Positions 56,844 through 64,000 of a stretch of DNA of 64,000 nucleotides are shown here, piece by piece. The notes under the pieces were generated by a model. The model did not search any database and was not told the DNA's origin. It saw only the letters and a list, made by a program, of their open reading frames with translations. Position numbers and translations under genes: made by a program. Location of the stretch: positions 26,006 through 90,005 of the forward strand of contig CAZYCL010000005.1 in assembly GCA_964645795.1 (NCBI GenBank), given 5' to 3'. Within the stretch, counting starts at the first letter, position 1; every line of letters starts with the position of its first letter. The DNA is from an uncultured Planctomycetales bacterium. GTDB taxonomy: Bacteria; Omnitrophota; Gorgyraeia; Gygaellales; Profunditerraquicolaceae.

Positions 56844-58535
56844 CTAATAGTATTGGTAGAGGTCGTACTTCTTAAGCTCGTTGAGCGTCCTGATGATGGT
56901 CTGATGATTGTCGCAGTGGTCGCAGTGCTCATCGTAGAGGACCTGGCCGTTGGCGAACTTCGCCTGGGTATTGTCTTTGAGGTACTTTGCCTGCCTTCTC
57001 CAGCGCCAGTAATCCCTTGAGTTCCAGACGTCCCGGAAGCGCTGCCGGTCAAGGTAGCCGACGGTGCGCAGATGGCAGCAGAAGCTCATATCATACTTGG
57101 CCGGAATCAGGTTGAAGTACCATCCGATGGTGCAGCCGTGCTTAAGAAAGAAATCCTTGGACCAGGCGCCGGTCTTCTCGTCGTAATGGCCGAGCTGGAA
57201 GGCAAAGTTATCCACCAGTTCAATTTTTTTGCCCCTCAGTATCTCTTCCGCCCGCGGGACCTGTTTGCGGATCGCCTCCATCTCTGCGGGGCTCAATTGC
57301 AGGAACCTGTTCATATGGTCGAGTCTTATAAGATAAAAGCGCACCGCATCCGGGGCTATATCGGCATCCATTTGCGCCATCTCTACCAACTCATGGTGGT
57401 TTAGCGTATGGATAACGTGGCTGACTATGAGCCTGGGCTTGTCCTTGCCCGCTTCTCTCTTAAGCCTCATAAACTCTTTCAGGTTGTTCCAAACGCGAAA
57501 AAATGTCTCGCCGGGCTGAACGGTAGAGATCTTGCCGTAGGTCTGGGCGCTTCCGGCTGGGAAGCTGCAGTATATCTCATCAACGCCCAGATCGATGACC
57601 TCCCTGGCTATCTGACGGTCAAGCAATATCCCGTTCGTAAAAAACATCACGCCCAGCCCTTTCTGCCTGGCATACCTTAACATGGGCATGAATTTGTCGT
57701 ACATCAATGGCTCACCGTCGCCCTGGAGTATAATGCCGTCGGTCTTCATCTCGGAGGCGTCGTCGATTATCCCCTTGAATATATCGAAATCGAACTTTCG
57801 GTCCAAAAACTCCTGCGGATGATGCACTCCGGGCGTATGTACCCAGCAGTGCTGGCATTTGGTATTGCAGCGATGGTAGGGATCGAAGACTATTGTCTGC
57901 GGACCAAGGAATGCCTGCTCTGAAATCACCCCCAGAAGCCTTAAAAGCTCCTTTTCCCTGCCCGGGTTGACTTCCGAATGAAGGCCGATCTTGTTGAGTA
58001 TCTCCATAAGCTTGTCGTCTTGATAAAGAAACTCGATATTAAGCCCACCGACGCGCTGTTTCAGCTTTTCTAAATAATCCAGGAAATGGGCTGCAATATC
58101 TTTTACGGGAAAAAGCTGCAGTTCCAGGCCGCTAAAATCCCTATTATCTCCCAGGGAACCTGCGATCATCTGCGCTATCAAGTGCAGGCGGCCGAAGTTG
58201 TATCTGGAGATGCCTATGCTGATGGCGGCAGCGGGGGCGCGCGCTTTAGATCTCTCTATCAAGGCGACCTTCTCGTTGAAGCCGTCATTGCATCCGGCTA
58301 TCCGGTCATGCAGCTCCTCAAAATCACCCAATATCAGAATATTGCCAACCGCCATTTCCTTAGCCTCCGCCTTTTTCGAGATCGCCGTATCTTGCGCCAT
58401 AGGATGCCTGCAAAACGCCTTGATATAGCGTGATATTAACGCCGGCTCCCGGAATAATCTCCCGGCCTTCTTAAAAGATGCGCTTTTTATCTCCGAAAGT
58501 AATATACCGGCTTTCTTAAAATATCCGCTGTACAC
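56844..58535 (-). CDS. Radical SAM enzyme with a ~230-aa N-terminal extension and a Cys-rich C-terminus (paralog of 2316..3767)
   Basis: CNTKCQHC core; shares LFPVKDI and a CDHCDN C-terminus with the 2316..3767 protein. Confidence 0.7.
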   Translation of the reverse strand: MYSGYFKKAGILLSEIKSASFKKAGRLFREPALISRYIKAFCRHPMAQDTAISKKAEAKEMAVGNILILGDFEELHDRIAGCNDGFNEKVALIERSKARAPAAAISIGISRYNFGRLHLIAQMIAGSLGDNRDFSGLELQLFPVKDIAAHFLDYLEKLKQRVGGLNIEFLYQDDKLMEILNKIGLHSEVNPGREKELLRLLGVISEQAFLGPQTIVFDPYHRCNTKCQHCWVHTPGVHHPQEFLDRKFDFDIFKGIIDDASEMKTDGIILQGDGEPLMYDKFMPMLRYARQKGLGVMFFTNGILLDRQIAREVIDLGVDEIYCSFPAGSAQTYGKISTVQPGETFFRVWNNLKEFMRLKREAGKDKPRLIVSHVIHTLNHHELVEMAQMDADIAPDAVRFYLIRLDHMNRFLQLSPAEMEAIRKQVPRAEEILRGKKIELVDNFAFQLGHYDEKTGAWSKDFFLKHGCTIGWYFNLIPAKYDMSFCCHLRTVGYLDRQRFRDVWNSRDYWRWRRQAKYLKDNTQAKFANGQVLYDEHCDHCDNHQTIIRTLNELKKYDLYQYY

Positions 58536-58553
58536 TCTCCCCCCGCTGCCGCC

Positions 58554-59633
58554 TTAGACCAGGACAAAAGGATAGTCTTGTTTGAAATAACAGTTTAAAA
58601 GAAAATGGCAGTTATTCCTGCAGCCATGGATCTGCGCCCTGGCCTCTTTTGCCTTATCCGAGAACCAAAGCCGGCTGACATCATCGCTGGATATATTTCC
58701 CAGCGGCAAACAGTTATAGCACAAAAAGACATCCCCCCGGGAGCTGACATGAAGCGCTGAATCCATATTGCATTTTGTTTTCTTTACGAACCTCTCCGGG
58801 GCCTGATAATAGAGATCGAAGGCCTCCAGCTGCGCCAGGCTATTGGTGATCTTGGAGCTGCCGCTTTTTAGTCTTATCAGCTCTGCGATCACCGCGTGCA
58901 CTTTTTTCTTATCGCGCGGCCAGAGCATGCTGAATTCTTCATTCTCATACCAGCGCTTGTCCGGAATGGTGTTGTTGGGCTGCATCGCCGCCATAAAATA
59001 TACCGAGTTCAATCTCGGATCCTCTTGCGCCCACCGGGCCAGATTCAATATGTCATCCAGATTCTTATCGTATATGACGGCGCAGATCCCCTTGTAAAGG
59101 CCGTCGCATCTTTCATCAAGCAGCCCGATCGCGCCTATCGCCTTATCGTAGGCCCCCTCCACCCCCCTCAAGTAATCATGGACAGACCTGTTGGTGCTGT
59201 CCAGGGATATAATTATGCTTTCCAGGCCGGAATCGTTGATCTTCTCGGCCATCACTTCGTCTATAAGATAGCCGTTGGTGGCTATGTTGGTGGCAAATCC
59301 TTTCTGTGCGCAAAAACTTACAAGCTCCAGCGTTTCTTTTTTTAAAAGCGGCTCTCCGCCTCCGAAGTTTATCTGCAGCCTGCCCCGGCATATCCGGCGC
59401 AGCGATATAACGCAGCGCTTCCAGTCCTCTAAGCTGGCTTCCTTTGCCTTATCTGTAAAAATGTCGTCCTGCCACTTCCTGCACATCTTGCAGCGCAGCA
59501 TACAGTCGTCAGTGATGCCGAAGCAGACGAACTCCGGACGCAGACGCTCATCTTTAGTAAAAGAGGCCAGGACCGAGCTTGTCTCGTGCCTGACCAAAGT
59601 AATCAGGTCTTTAATGCTGCGCTGGGCTCTCAA
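58554..59633 (-). CDS. Radical SAM / SPASM-like enzyme
   Basis: CMLRCKMC core; C-terminal CYNC...GCRNNCHFLLNC. Apparent TTG start, with an in-frame stop 8 codons upstream. Confidence 0.7.
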   Translation of the reverse strand: MRAQRSIKDLITLVRHETSSVLASFTKDERLRPEFVCFGITDDCMLRCKMCRKWQDDIFTDKAKEASLEDWKRCVISLRRICRGRLQINFGGGEPLLKKETLELVSFCAQKGFATNIATNGYLIDEVMAEKINDSGLESIIISLDSTNRSVHDYLRGVEGAYDKAIGAIGLLDERCDGLYKGICAVIYDKNLDDILNLARWAQEDPRLNSVYFMAAMQPNNTIPDKRWYENEEFSMLWPRDKKKVHAVIAELIRLKSGSSKITNSLAQLEAFDLYYQAPERFVKKTKCNMDSALHVSSRGDVFLCYNCLPLGNISSDDVSRLWFSDKAKEARAQIHGCRNNCHFLLNCYFKQDYPFVLV

Positions 59634-59709
59634 TGTTTTATAAGTTTCTCTTGCCTAGCGGCTGAACTGGCGCCAATCTATGCCTTTTATCAAACAGTTC
59701 AAGCGCCAG

Positions 59710-59742
59710 AAAAAATACTTTATGCCCCTGTAAAGGGCATAA
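59710..59742 (-). terminator. Rho-independent terminator after the UGM-like gene
   Basis: 8-bp perfect stem TTATGCCC/GGGCATAA (59720..59742) with a 7-nt loop. On the minus strand it is followed, after 4 nt, by TTTTTT (plus A6 at 59710..59715). Confidence 0.55.
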
Positions 59743-59769
59743 GGCAGACCGCCCTTATTGCAGTGCTTT

Positions 59770-61122
59770 TTAAACTTCTGCCATCCGGTTTCCTTCATAT
59801 CCACCCCTCGTATTCTTGGCATCCCAGACCGCTGCCTCTGCGGCCACATGCCTTGCGTCCAAGATCACCTCTTCCATCGACAGGTATCTCCATGAGCCGT
59901 ATCTGCCCGCAAGCAGTATATCCCTGCTTTTAAGGTAGCCGGCGATCTCCCTCCTTACCTGTTCGTAGACATGGTCGTATATAGGATAGCCGTATTTTAT
60001 GTCGTTTATGTCCTCGGCTATTATCTTTTGCCCGGTACTTATGATCCCTACCTTGCGCAAATCGGAAAGGATGCGGCCGATGATCCTGTTTTTGTCAGGC
60101 CTGGCATCTTTGGAGTAGGAGACTTCGGTATAAAGCGCGCTTGTGCCTTTGGGGGCCAGGGACGGTGAAAAATTATGAAAGAACCCCGCCCGGAAGAAGC
60201 TTATTTGCGGGTCGGGAAAATAAACCCAGTGCCGGCCAAGATACTCCCTGCCGCACAAACCGATATTAAAATTGAAGATCGAGTTCCACCTCAGCTTCTT
60301 GAATAAAGCAGCCTGCGCCGCCGGCAGCCCCTTGGCCAGCCCCGGCAGTTCCGGCAGCGGGATTGTAGAGATCAGGACGTCGTATTTTACCGACTGCCCC
60401 GAAGAAACCCGAATTTGCTTATTAACCAGGTCTATTTCGATCACTTCCGAACCGCGATGGATATTCTTGAGGCTTCCTGTAAGTGCGGCGGGCAGCTCGT
60501 TTATCCCTCCATGCTTGGGATACCAGAAATGCGCGTTATATCCCAGGGGCTTCTTGTTCTCTTTGATCGTTCCTTCGACTATCTGATTTAGCGAAGGCAC
60601 GGGTATGACCCCTTCAAGCCAGCTGCAAACCATATCCTGCGGCTCAACCGTCCAGAACTTGCGGTTGTAGGGCACCATGAAGTATTTGGCGATGCCGCTG
60701 CCGAACTTACCGTTTATCCACTCAAGAAAATTACCGGGCTGGCAACAATGGCCGTTTTTAGAACTCTCAATGAACCCCATAAGGCACTCTTTGACTACGG
60801 GTGCCGGCAGCCCATAGAGGTTTGCCTGGAAAGGGTAACGGGTGTACCTGTCGTAAGAATAAACCCAGGAGCTTTTATGGTGGCCGCCGAGGTTCTTTTT
60901 AAGCAGCTTTTTAACCAGTCCGAATGCGTAGTTGCTTTTAAAATGAAGGAGATGCCCGTCGTAGTCAAAAGTAAAACCCTTGATCTTTTTGGAGCGGCAC
61001 AGGCCCCCGGTCTGCGCCTCCTTCTCGAAGAGTTGGCAGTCTATGCCTTTTTTTTGCAGATGCCAGGCTGTGCTTAAGCCACTTAAGCCCGCCCCCAGTA
61101 TCAAGACTTTGGAATTAGCCAT
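59770..61122 (-). CDS. FAD-dependent oxidoreductase, UDP-galactopyranose-mutase-like (amine-oxidase superfamily)
   Basis: Rossmann VLILGAGLSGLS...EKE...GG. YNRKFW and C-terminal GRYGSWRYLSMEEVI resemble the UGM motifs Y.EKQWG and GRLAEYKYYDMHQVI. Confidence 0.5.
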   Translation of the reverse strand: MANSKVLILGAGLSGLSTAWHLQKKGIDCQLFEKEAQTGGLCRSKKIKGFTFDYDGHLLHFKSNYAFGLVKKLLKKNLGGHHKSSWVYSYDRYTRYPFQANLYGLPAPVVKECLMGFIESSKNGHCCQPGNFLEWINGKFGSGIAKYFMVPYNRKFWTVEPQDMVCSWLEGVIPVPSLNQIVEGTIKENKKPLGYNAHFWYPKHGGINELPAALTGSLKNIHRGSEVIEIDLVNKQIRVSSGQSVKYDVLISTIPLPELPGLAKGLPAAQAALFKKLRWNSIFNFNIGLCGREYLGRHWVYFPDPQISFFRAGFFHNFSPSLAPKGTSALYTEVSYSKDARPDKNRIIGRILSDLRKVGIISTGQKIIAEDINDIKYGYPIYDHVYEQVRREIAGYLKSRDILLAGRYGSWRYLSMEEVILDARHVAAEAAVWDAKNTRGGYEGNRMAEV

Positions 61123-62107
61123 CTATCACCACCCTGCTCATAATCAGGCCAAGAACAAGGCTGACCGACAACACTATAAGGATAAACGCCAGGGACAACG
61201 CCGGCGCGGCCAGCATTACAAATATCCCGGAAACCGAGTAGAGCAGCGCAAGCATCGACATCGCCACCAGCGCCCTCCTTGGGGAATGACCGTTCTTCAG
61301 GAAGCGCAGCGCCAAATGATCGTTGCTTTTTTTAAAGATCGAGCGGGACTTAAACAGGCGCATCAGCATAAGAAAAGAAGTATCGAAAATCGGCAGCCCG
61401 AGTATCAGGAATGGGCTCATGAGGGCGAATTTATTCTCTTGCGAGGCGTACTTCAATACCAGGGCCGCGGAAGCCAGGAAAAAACCCATAAAATGGCTGC
61501 CGTTATTTCCCATGTATACTTTTGCCGGCGGCAGGTTAAACACCAAAAAGCCGGCTAGCGCCCCGATAAAAGAACAGATAAGCAGGGCCATGACTGCATC
61601 GCCGCGCAGGAGCGCAACCGCCATAAACCCCAGCCCGCAGACCAGCCCCGTTGAGCCGGCCAGGCCGTCTATTATATCAAGATGGTTGACCGCATTAGTG
61701 ATGAAGATCACCCAAAGAAAGGTAATGGCGATGTTTGCGCCCAACCCTATATGCATGATCTGCGTAGTCACCCCGAAGAAAACAAGCATACAGACCGCCA
61801 GTATCTGGGAACTGAATTTGGCCTTGACCGACAACTCCCGAATATCGTCGATAACTCCGATCACCAGCATAAAGAATGACGTCATGATGATGACCGCTGC
61901 CTCGGAGCAAAAACTTCGCCTGAAAAGCATCGCCAGGCAAAAGGCGCAAATAAAGGCCAGGCCGAACGCCACCCCGCCGGTAAGCGGCATGCCTTTCAAA
62001 ATAAGCAGGTTGCGCCTTAAGGATATCTTGCGCAGTATAAAAGTAAAACCGCAGCTTAATGCAAACGCCGCGGCAGCAACGGATAATAAACCGTACGTTT
62101 GGCTCAT
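61115..62107 (-). CDS. Polyprenyl-phosphate N-acetylhexosamine-1-phosphate transferase (WecA/WbpL/MraY family)
   Basis: About 10 TM helices with conserved DD-containing loops (VIDDIRE, NAVNHLDIIDGLAGS). Confidence 0.7.
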   Translation of the reverse strand: MSQTYGLLSVAAAAFALSCGFTFILRKISLRRNLLILKGMPLTGGVAFGLAFICAFCLAMLFRRSFCSEAAVIIMTSFFMLVIGVIDDIRELSVKAKFSSQILAVCMLVFFGVTTQIMHIGLGANIAITFLWVIFITNAVNHLDIIDGLAGSTGLVCGLGFMAVALLRGDAVMALLICSFIGALAGFLVFNLPPAKVYMGNNGSHFMGFFLASAALVLKYASQENKFALMSPFLILGLPIFDTSFLMLMRLFKSRSIFKKSNDHLALRFLKNGHSPRRALVAMSMLALLYSVSGIFVMLAAPALSLAFILIVLSVSLVLGLIMSRVVIDG

Positions 62108-62135
62108 TGGCTGTTCGTTTTCCCCAAATACATAT

Positions 62136-62163
62136 ATTATAATATATTTAAATGTGCGTTCAA
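62136..62163 (-). promoter_or_regulatory. Putative sigma70-like promoter for the WecA-like gene
   Basis: On the minus strand: TTGAAC (plus 62158..62163), a 16-nt spacer, TATAAT (plus 62136..62141). It is about 30 nt upstream of ATG 62107, in an AT-rich 74-nt gap. Confidence 0.35.
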
Positions 62164-62181
62164 GTTTGAAGTGTGGTTAAA

Positions 62182-63567
62182 TCAAGAAAGCTCTTTTGAC
62201 CAGACGTCAAAATCACTCTGCCCGCAATACTTGCGGCCGGAGTAGATGCCGCTAAGTAACGCCCTGTCGGAGTTATCGTAACGAAAGAGCCCTCCCCTGC
62301 CCATGGTTTGAAGATTTTCAAAGCCTGCAAGATATTGCTTCAATATACCCAACTTTTCCAGATACCCGCATGAATAGACGGGATAAGCGTTCTTGTAGCG
62401 CACCACAAAACCACTGATAAGATGCCTCTGCGCTCTTATGCCGATCTTTTCCAGCTCTCCCACCGCGTAATCGATAAGGTCAATATCATTCATGCCCCAT
62501 AAAGGCTCTTTTGGGGAACAGAAATACTCCAGCCCCAGGGCAGTCTTATGAAAATCCGCCACCATTGCCGGACTCCAGTTTTTATAGTTCTGTATCCTGC
62601 AGAGCCGGACATCCGGAGAGTGGACATATATCCACTGATCGGGGAAAAGGTCTTTTTTATCAAGGATTATGTTGACCGCCAGAAAACTCCTGAAGCTCAA
62701 TGCCTCTGCCGCATCCAGTACATGGGCCGGCGCGTGAGGATCCATGAGCTTGATCAGGTCGGTAATAGCCGCGCTTGAAAAAACGTGGTCCGCCCGGATC
62801 ACCCGCAGCGCCCCCGTTTCGCGGTCCAGTGATTCAACGGACAGCACCCTGCGGTTATCGTGACGCAGCCCTACCACATCGTTATTGAAAAGGGTCTGTG
62901 TTCCGTTATCAGCGATTATCTGGCCGAAGCGCCTGTAAAATTCTCCCGGCCCCGTGCGCGGGTACCGGAACTCCTCTGCCAGGGTCTTGGGGCTGTTATA
63001 CTTGAGGTTCAGGGCATCCTGTATTGCTATGCGAAGCGACAACCCTCTGATCCGTTCGGCGGCCCAGTCAGCGGAAAGTTCGCGGCAAGAGATATCCCAG
63101 ACTTTTTTGTTGTAGGATTTGAAAAATATATCGTAGAGGCGGCTCCCGAAGCGGTTGATGATCCATCCCTCGTAAGTGCTGTCGTCTTCGGGCTTTAGCG
63201 CTTTACACCAGAGGTAGCTGCCTACGCATAAAGCGCTTTCAAATATTCCGAGGTTCCAGAAGGTATTAAAGAAGGAAAGGGGGTAATTGAAGTATTTTCT
63301 TCTGTAGTATATGCGGGACTGTCTTTTGACCCTGAGCATATCGCTGCCCATGACCCTGTCCCAAAGTCCTTTTATCTCTTCGTGATCCGAGAGGAAGCGG
63401 TGGCCGCCGATATCAAAGAGGTAGCCGTTAAAGCTTATGGTGCGGCACAGGCCGCCGCAGGAATCCTCCCTCTCTATCACCAGGGTGTTTTTCTTTGCCT
63501 GGCCCAGGGCATAGGCGCACCCCATGCCTGCCGGTCCGGAGCCGATAATAACGATCTCTTCTTTCAT
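62182..63567 (-). CDS. FAD-dependent oxidoreductase, long-form UDP-galactopyranose-mutase-like
   Basis: IVIIGSGPAGMGCAYAL...ERE...GG Rossmann; YNKKVWDISCRELSADWAAERI resembles eukaryote-type UGM YNFKVWA...AWLGERV. Start set at the internal ATG 63567 (MKEEIVIIGSG); the track start is 63684. Confidence 0.5.
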   Translation of the reverse strand: MKEEIVIIGSGPAGMGCAYALGQAKKNTLVIEREDSCGGLCRTISFNGYLFDIGGHRFLSDHEEIKGLWDRVMGSDMLRVKRQSRIYYRRKYFNYPLSFFNTFWNLGIFESALCVGSYLWCKALKPEDDSTYEGWIINRFGSRLYDIFFKSYNKKVWDISCRELSADWAAERIRGLSLRIAIQDALNLKYNSPKTLAEEFRYPRTGPGEFYRRFGQIIADNGTQTLFNNDVVGLRHDNRRVLSVESLDRETGALRVIRADHVFSSAAITDLIKLMDPHAPAHVLDAAEALSFRSFLAVNIILDKKDLFPDQWIYVHSPDVRLCRIQNYKNWSPAMVADFHKTALGLEYFCSPKEPLWGMNDIDLIDYAVGELEKIGIRAQRHLISGFVVRYKNAYPVYSCGYLEKLGILKQYLAGFENLQTMGRGGLFRYDNSDRALLSGIYSGRKYCGQSDFDVWSKELS

Positions 63568-64000
63568 GATGGCCTTGCCCCTCTTGCGCACGGCAAAAGC
63601 GTCTTCCTTCCAGATGCTACCCGGATAACCCCGCAGATCGCCCCTAATCCCATCGTTATGTTGTCCAAAAAGGTGAACAGACAAGACCGTAGCGCGAAAA
63701 ACAGCCCCCTCTCCCTGTAAAGGAATTTAAAAAAATCGTAATTCATCGTCACCCATATAAAAACCGCGGCCGCGGCCAAAACAAGCAGCCCGGGAAAATA
63801 AGCGGCTGCCGCCAAAAGCGGCAAAGTTAAACAAATAACAATGATGCTTGATATTTGCCGGGGCCTGGCATGGGCAAAACCCCTATCAAGCCTGCCGATC
63901 TGCGAAAAACCTTTATAGGAGATGAATAATCGCGCCCATTCAAAAGGGACCATGAAATCATTCTTCAACAGAGAAAGAAACCCGTACTTCTTCAGGTGCG
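63564..64000 (-). CDS. Hypothetical membrane protein, C-terminal fragment (frame open to the window end)
   Basis: The frame has no stop between 63968 and 64000. Hydrophobic segments (IIVICLTLPLLAAAAYFPGLLVLAAAAVFIWV). Confidence 0.35.
   Translation of the reverse strand, partial: HLKKYGFLSLLKNDFMVPFEWARLFISYKGFSQIGRLDRGFAHARPRQISSIIVICLTLPLLAAAAYFPGLLVLAAAAVFIWVTMNYDFFKFLYRERGLFFALRSCLFTFLDNITMGLGAICGVIRVASGRKTLLPCARGARPS

Noticed and set aside
56837-57052. 71-aa S/T-rich minus-strand ORF.
   Set aside because: It overlaps the 56844..58535 radical SAM gene in a different frame. Low-complexity artefact.
59655-59849. 64-aa basic ORF just upstream of two radical SAM/SPASM genes; considered as a RiPP precursor peptide.
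   Set aside because: It overlaps the C-terminus of the UGM-like gene by 80 nt in another frame. The rho-independent terminator hairpin (59710..59742) lies inside it. It has no RBS, no leader/core-like composition, and no Cys/Ser/Thr enrichment.
62182-63684. 39-codon N-terminal extension of the UGM-like gene.
   Set aside because: The Rossmann beta-alpha-beta must start near the N-terminus. The internal ATG 63567 (MKEEIVIIGSG) abuts the upstream gene's stop. The longer start cannot be fully excluded.
1-64000. Looked for CRISPR arrays, IS/transposase genes, integrases, phage genes, rRNA/tRNA genes, and long direct or inverted nucleotide repeats.
   Set aside because: No repeat-spacer periodicity, no transposase- or integrase-like ORFs. 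All sizeable intergenic gaps (7399..7545, 18205..18355, 21520..21685, 40982..41152, 59634..59769, 62108..62181) are short AT-rich promoter/terminator regions without tRNA-like structure.

Overview
This 64 kb window is a bacterial chromosomal segment of about 50% GC, gene-dense, with nearly every real gene on the minus strand. Only a glycosyltransferase pair at 41153..44327 is on the plus strand. I found no rRNA, tRNA, CRISPR array, transposase or phage genes. Start codons are approximate: coordinates come from the supplied ORF track, with a few starts moved to an internal Met where an overlap or a signal peptide made that clearly better.

The window has five blocks:
1. Left end (1..8571): an ABC-transporter-dependent glycan export module. 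It holds wzm, a 946-aa wzt with a ~700-aa C-terminal extension, an SGNH esterase, and two radical SAM genes. One of these runs off the window start and is absent from the ORF track; I recovered it by hand translation. It is a B12-binding radical SAM protein whose N-terminal tandem repeats recur in the Wzt C-terminus.
2. Housekeeping block (8584..18204): PKD lipoprotein, folE, mnmE, an FkbM-family methyltransferase, folC, purH, a YchF-like protein lacking its P-loop, and an EF-G2-like GTPase.
3. A tightly coupled operon (18356..21519) of a KamA-family 2,3-aminomutase followed by two Ddl-like ATP-grasp ligases.
4. A mixed block (21686..40981): glycosyltransferases, an MsbA-like exporter, hypE, hypD, hypC and a C-terminal-only hypF, a PilZ-(alpha/alpha)6 protein, a transglutaminase-like lipoprotein, a DEDDh-exonuclease-WYL fusion, and a DUF2156 / tRNA-binding-protein cassette.
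5. Right end (41153..64000): a large Wzx-dependent glycan locus. It has a GT-C transferase, about 10 GT2/GT4 transferases, a Wzx flippase, a WecA-like initiating transferase, a GH5 hydrolase, two UDP-galactopyranose-mutase-like flavoenzymes, and four more radical SAM enzymes (one B12-dependent, three with SPASM-like C-termini).

The six radical SAM genes, the hyp genes and KamA suggest an anaerobe. The candidates I consider most novel are:
- the repeat module shared between the Wzt C-terminus and the B12-radical SAM N-terminus;
- the radical-SAM-rich glycan locus;
- the KamA + 2x ATP-grasp operon;
- the aminoacyl-tRNA-dependent transferase cassette beside the exonuclease-WYL gene.
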